This document shows positions 48,356 through 51,597 of a stretch of 51,597 nucleotides of DNA, piece by piece (the stretch's first letter is position 1; each line of letters opens with the position of its first letter). Where the stretch lies: assembly GCA_001919715.1 (NCBI GenBank), contig MNIJ01000008.1, positions 1-51,597 of the forward strand, in the 5' to 3' direction. The notes beneath the pieces were generated by a model. The model was not told where the DNA came from. It was given only the letters and a program-made list of their open reading frames with translations, and did not search any database. Made by a program: the position numbers and the translations under genes. Source of the DNA: Acidobacteria bacterium 13_1_20CM_58_21. Its GTDB lineage: Bacteria; Acidobacteriota; Terriglobia; Acidiferrales; UBA7541.

Positions 48356-49534
48356 ATGGGAGGAGCCATGAGCAACTCTAGCAGCAATGGCGGTGAAGTG
48401 GCCGGTGTCAGAGGTGACCGCCCATTGCTCAACTCTCTGTCGTTTTCACGGCGAAGCTTTCTCACCAAGACCTCATGTTTCGGAGCATTTTATTCGCTAG
48501 CCAAGCTGATCCCCTTGCCGGCGCTGGCGGCAGACCTGGCGATCGACTCGCGCGTGTCGTCAACGCCGATTGTGGACAAGGGGTTCGCGTCGGTGCGGAA
48601 GATTGGAAACGGGCTCTATGCCACGATCTCCGATCCGTCGAAGGGCAACACGACGATCTGCAATGGCGGGTTTCTCGCTGGAAGGGAGGGCGCGCTTCTG
48701 ATCGAAGGATTCATATCGCCGGCGGGCGCATCCTTTCAGATGGACGCCTTGCGCATGGTAAGCCAGGTACCCGTGAAGGGCGCTCTGGACACGCACTATC
48801 ACTACGACCATTCGATGGGGAATTCGTTTTACGGTGCCAATGGCGTGCAACTCTGGGCTCACGCAACCGCTGCCCGGCGCATGGTCGATAACTATGTGCC
48901 GTTGCAGGGGGCGGACAAAGATGCGGCGCTGGGGCCGTTCGAGAAGCGCGTCAAGGACGCCAAGTCGGATGCGGAGCGGCAGCACGCACAGAGTGATCTG
49001 AACGCGGTGACGGGACTCTTCCAAGTTGCGAATACAAGCGTGCTGTCGCTGCCGAATCATCCGATTGATCCGGCCAAGCTGCCAATGTCGATTGACCTCG
49101 GTGGTCTGACGGGTGTGATCGAGTCCTACCCGGGACATTCCGGAACGGACATCCTCGTGCGTGTCCCGGACCAGAATATTGTATACACCGGCGACCTACT
49201 CTTCAGCGGCTGGTATCCCGTCTGCTTCGACGAGAAAGCCACGGTTTCAGGCTGGCGAGACACGCTGAAGAAATTCGCCGGGTTCGATAAGGACACGCTC
49301 TTTGTCCCAGGTCACGGCCAGATTTGCGGCCAGGAAGGCATCGCTTCGATCCGCGAAGTGTTTGACGACATCGCTGGGCAAGCCGAGAAAATGCGCAAGG
49401 CGGGAGTTCCTGCCGAAGAAGCGCAACACCGCTACGTGGTGCCGGAGAAGTTCAAGAACTTCCCTGTTTTCGCGTGGGGATTCACGATCGGGCCAGCGAT
49501 TGCCAAGCTGTACGCGGAGTGGCAGGGCAAGTAG
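48356..49534 (+). CDS. Tat-exported MBL-fold metallo-hydrolase (cyclase-like; start may be 48368)
   Basis: SRRSFL, THYHYDHSMGN, PGHSGTD, YTGDL, VPGHG. Confidence 0.9.
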   Translation: MGGAMSNSSSNGGEVAGVRGDRPLLNSLSFSRRSFLTKTSCFGAFYSLAKLIPLPALAADLAIDSRVSSTPIVDKGFASVRKIGNGLYATISDPSKGNTTICNGGFLAGREGALLIEGFISPAGASFQMDALRMVSQVPVKGALDTHYHYDHSMGNSFYGANGVQLWAHATAARRMVDNYVPLQGADKDAALGPFEKRVKDAKSDAERQHAQSDLNAVTGLFQVANTSVLSLPNHPIDPAKLPMSIDLGGLTGVIESYPGHSGTDILVRVPDQNIVYTGDLLFSGWYPVCFDEKATVSGWRDTLKKFAGFDKDTLFVPGHGQICGQEGIASIREVFDDIAGQAEKMRKAGVPAEEAQHRYVVPEKFKNFPVFAWGFTIGPAIAKLYAEWQGK

Positions 49535-49587
49535 CCGTACGTGCGTTCTCATGCCCGCTTCGCTGCGGGAGCGCGATCCCCAAGATG

Positions 49588-50328
49588 CTAATCGGCAAGA
49601 ATGCCGCCGAAGCTGTGAATGACACCGCCCGCAGTTGGCGGCGAAGATGCGCGGTCGCACAGGATCGCTTGCATTCCCACGGACTGCGCCGCTTCGACTT
49701 CTTTCACCGCGTCGGAGATGAATAGAAATTCACCGGGCGCACGCGAGAGAGAAGCAGCGATTTTTTCATAGCTGGCGGGGTCGGTCTTGATTCCAACACG
49801 CGTGTCGAAGAAAGTGGAAATATACGACGTCAGGTCGCCTGAGGTCGTAGTCCGAAACAGGAGTTGCTGCGCGAGGACGCTTCCCGACGAGTAGATGCAG
49901 ATAATTCTTTTCTGCCGCCGCCATCGTTCAAAAGCAATGGGCACATCGGAAAAAACTTCGCCGCGCAATTCCCGGCTCGCAAATCCCTGCTGCCAGATTT
50001 TCCCCTGAAGCGATTTTAGCGGCGTGCACTTGCTGTCTCGTGCCATCAGCCACTGGCCGTAGGCGACGCTCGAACGTAGCCGCGCTTCTCGCGTGTGGTC
50101 CAGCCAACCGGGCGGTTTAAGGCCGTCGCGTTCATCCAGATCGTGTTGCGCACGCAGATGCTGAACCAAACAATGAATTTCGGGATCTTGAGAGAGCTCT
50201 CGAAGAAAAGATTCCAGCTTGCGGGTCGCATAGGGGAAAAGCGTTTGATAAACGAAATCGACCGGGGTTGTCGTGCCTTCGATGTCGAGAAGAATGATCC
50301 GGATCTGGGATTCGTTGATCAGCGACAC
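49588..50328 (-). CDS. mtnC: Enolase-phosphatase E1 (acireductone synthase)
   Basis: LLDIEGTT, LFPYA, DSKCTPLKSLQGKIW, IYSSGSV.AQ.LLF, LFISD. Confidence 0.93.
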   Translation of the reverse strand: MSLINESQIRIILLDIEGTTTPVDFVYQTLFPYATRKLESFLRELSQDPEIHCLVQHLRAQHDLDERDGLKPPGWLDHTREARLRSSVAYGQWLMARDSKCTPLKSLQGKIWQQGFASRELRGEVFSDVPIAFERWRRQKRIICIYSSGSVLAQQLLFRTTTSGDLTSYISTFFDTRVGIKTDPASYEKIAASLSRAPGEFLFISDAVKEVEAAQSVGMQAILCDRASSPPTAGGVIHSFGGILAD

Positions 50329-50333
50329 ACGAG

Positions 50334-50900
50334 CTACTTCGCCGCGGCTTGCGGAGGAATGTATCTTGGTCCCCAGCATATGGGTTCGTAATTCCGGTCC
50401 ACGCCGCTGCTTGTATAGTGAGGCGTCCAGCCGGACTTATCCTGGAACAACCGGATCGCGCGTATGCGGCGGTCTCCGCAGAGATCGAACCAGTGGAGCG
50501 TGCCACGCGGAACACGAATCAAGTCGCCCGCCTCGACCTCGATCGCGACAACCGGACCCTTCTGCGGGTGGATATGGAAGAGGCCCCGCCCGGCCACGAT
50601 GTAGCGGACTTCGTCCTCATCGTGCGTATGCTCGATGTTGAACTTCGCGAGCATGGCATCCAGCCCGGGCGTATCCGCATTGACGTCGATTACATCCGCT
50701 GTGACGTAGCCACCCTGGTGCTTGAGCTTCTCGACTTGGTCGCTGTAGGCGCTCAGGACCTGATCCGCGGAAGCATCCGCAGGGAGGTCGGCCGGAGACT
50801 CCCAGCGTTCGTAGTCAATGCCAATCCCGGCGAGATAATCTCGCACCTGGTGGTGTTCACGGAGGGAACGGTTTTCATCGGGGATTCGCAGGACAGCCAC
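50334..50900 (-). CDS. mtnD: Acireductone dioxygenase
   Basis: GYVTADVI, EHTHDEDEVRY, GDLIRVP.GT.HWF, AIRLF..GW; GTG start after GGAGA. Confidence 0.94.
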   Translation of the reverse strand: MAVLRIPDENRSLREHHQVRDYLAGIGIDYERWESPADLPADASADQVLSAYSDQVEKLKHQGGYVTADVIDVNADTPGLDAMLAKFNIEHTHDEDEVRYIVAGRGLFHIHPQKGPVVAIEVEAGDLIRVPRGTLHWFDLCGDRRIRAIRLFQDKSGWTPHYTSSGVDRNYEPICWGPRYIPPQAAAK

Positions 50901-50932
50901 GGCATTATCTCCAGGCTCAGGCAGCACGGGAA

Positions 50933-51553
50933 TCACGTACTCTGTGCGGCACCTGAGCGAACTAGTACTTCCATCAGGAACTCCAGGATTTCAACATGGC
51001 GCTTGGCTTCCTGCAAGCCTGTACCCCAAGTATAAAGCCCATGCCCCTGCAGAAGAAAACCATGAATACCGGGGCTTTCCCGCAGGGTATTCGAAACGCG
51101 TTTCCCCAGTTCAACCATGTCCTGCGAATTCTCAAGAATGGGCAGCCACTCGCGGTGCTTGTGGGTTCGAACGCCTTCCAGTCCTTTGAGCATTTCGTAC
51201 CCCTCCAAGGCGATGCCGCCCTGTGACGCATGCGAGCCCGAAAGAACGGTGCTCCAAACCGAATGAGTATGCAAGATCGCGCCGGTGTCTACGCCGCACG
51301 CGATGGCGAGATGGAGCAGAGCTTCCGCAGACGGTCGGCCATCGCCGCGTATGACGTTGGCCGCCTCGTCCATTTCCAGAAACTGCGCGGGCGTAAGGCA
51401 GCCCTTGTCCAAGCCCGTTGAAGTAATCGCCAGCCGCAGCGGCTCGTGGGAAATCACCGCACTGAAGTTTCCACTGGTGCCCAAAACCCATCCGCGCGCA
51501 TGAAAACCCTTTCCAATCTCCACCAAGCAAGCGGCTGCTTCCACAAAGGCCAC
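50933..51553 (-). CDS. mtnB: Methylthioribulose-1-phosphate dehydratase (frame stays open to the window edge; true start may lie upstream)
   Basis: RGWVLGTSGNFS, G.DKG, PSAEALLH, LHTHS, YEMLKGL, GHGLYTWG, EILEFL. Confidence 0.93.
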   Translation of the reverse strand: MAFVEAAACLVEIGKGFHARGWVLGTSGNFSAVISHEPLRLAITSTGLDKGCLTPAQFLEMDEAANVIRGDGRPSAEALLHLAIACGVDTGAILHTHSVWSTVLSGSHASQGGIALEGYEMLKGLEGVRTHKHREWLPILENSQDMVELGKRVSNTLRESPGIHGFLLQGHGLYTWGTGLQEAKRHVEILEFLMEVLVRSGAAQST

Positions 51554-51597
51554 ACAATTGCGACTGGATTGCGGAATCGTTCTGGAGCTCTGCTCGC

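Overview
GC-rich bacterial window. The gene content (PadR/ADOP permease, Oar-like TonB receptor remnant, long LptC/LptA protein) is most consistent with an Acidobacterium. The left part holds a conserved minus-strand housekeeping block: lptC/A-lptB-rpoN-rapZ-msbA-yicC-gmk-rpoZ-coaBC-UDG-EamA-priA. The right end holds nucleoside salvage (pdp-nupC-punA-cdd) and methionine salvage (mtnB-mtnD-mtnC) genes. The accessory middle (about 19-43 kb) has mixed enzymes and many gene relics broken by deletions or frameshifts. The two most notable signals share the 22.64-23.34 kb divergent intergenic region. (1) A 250-bp protein-free IS200/IS605 derivative made of a left end, its own sigma70 promoter and a TnpB omega-RNA-like scaffold with right end. 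It appears inserted into the TTGAC^A -35 box of the rodZ-like promoter, so its predicted guide is that promoter. (2) A ~130-nt structured leader with a mutually exclusive anti-Shine-Dalgarno helix upstream of an ankyrin-repeat gene. No rRNA, tRNA or CRISPR array was recognised. All calls are by eye, without database searches.
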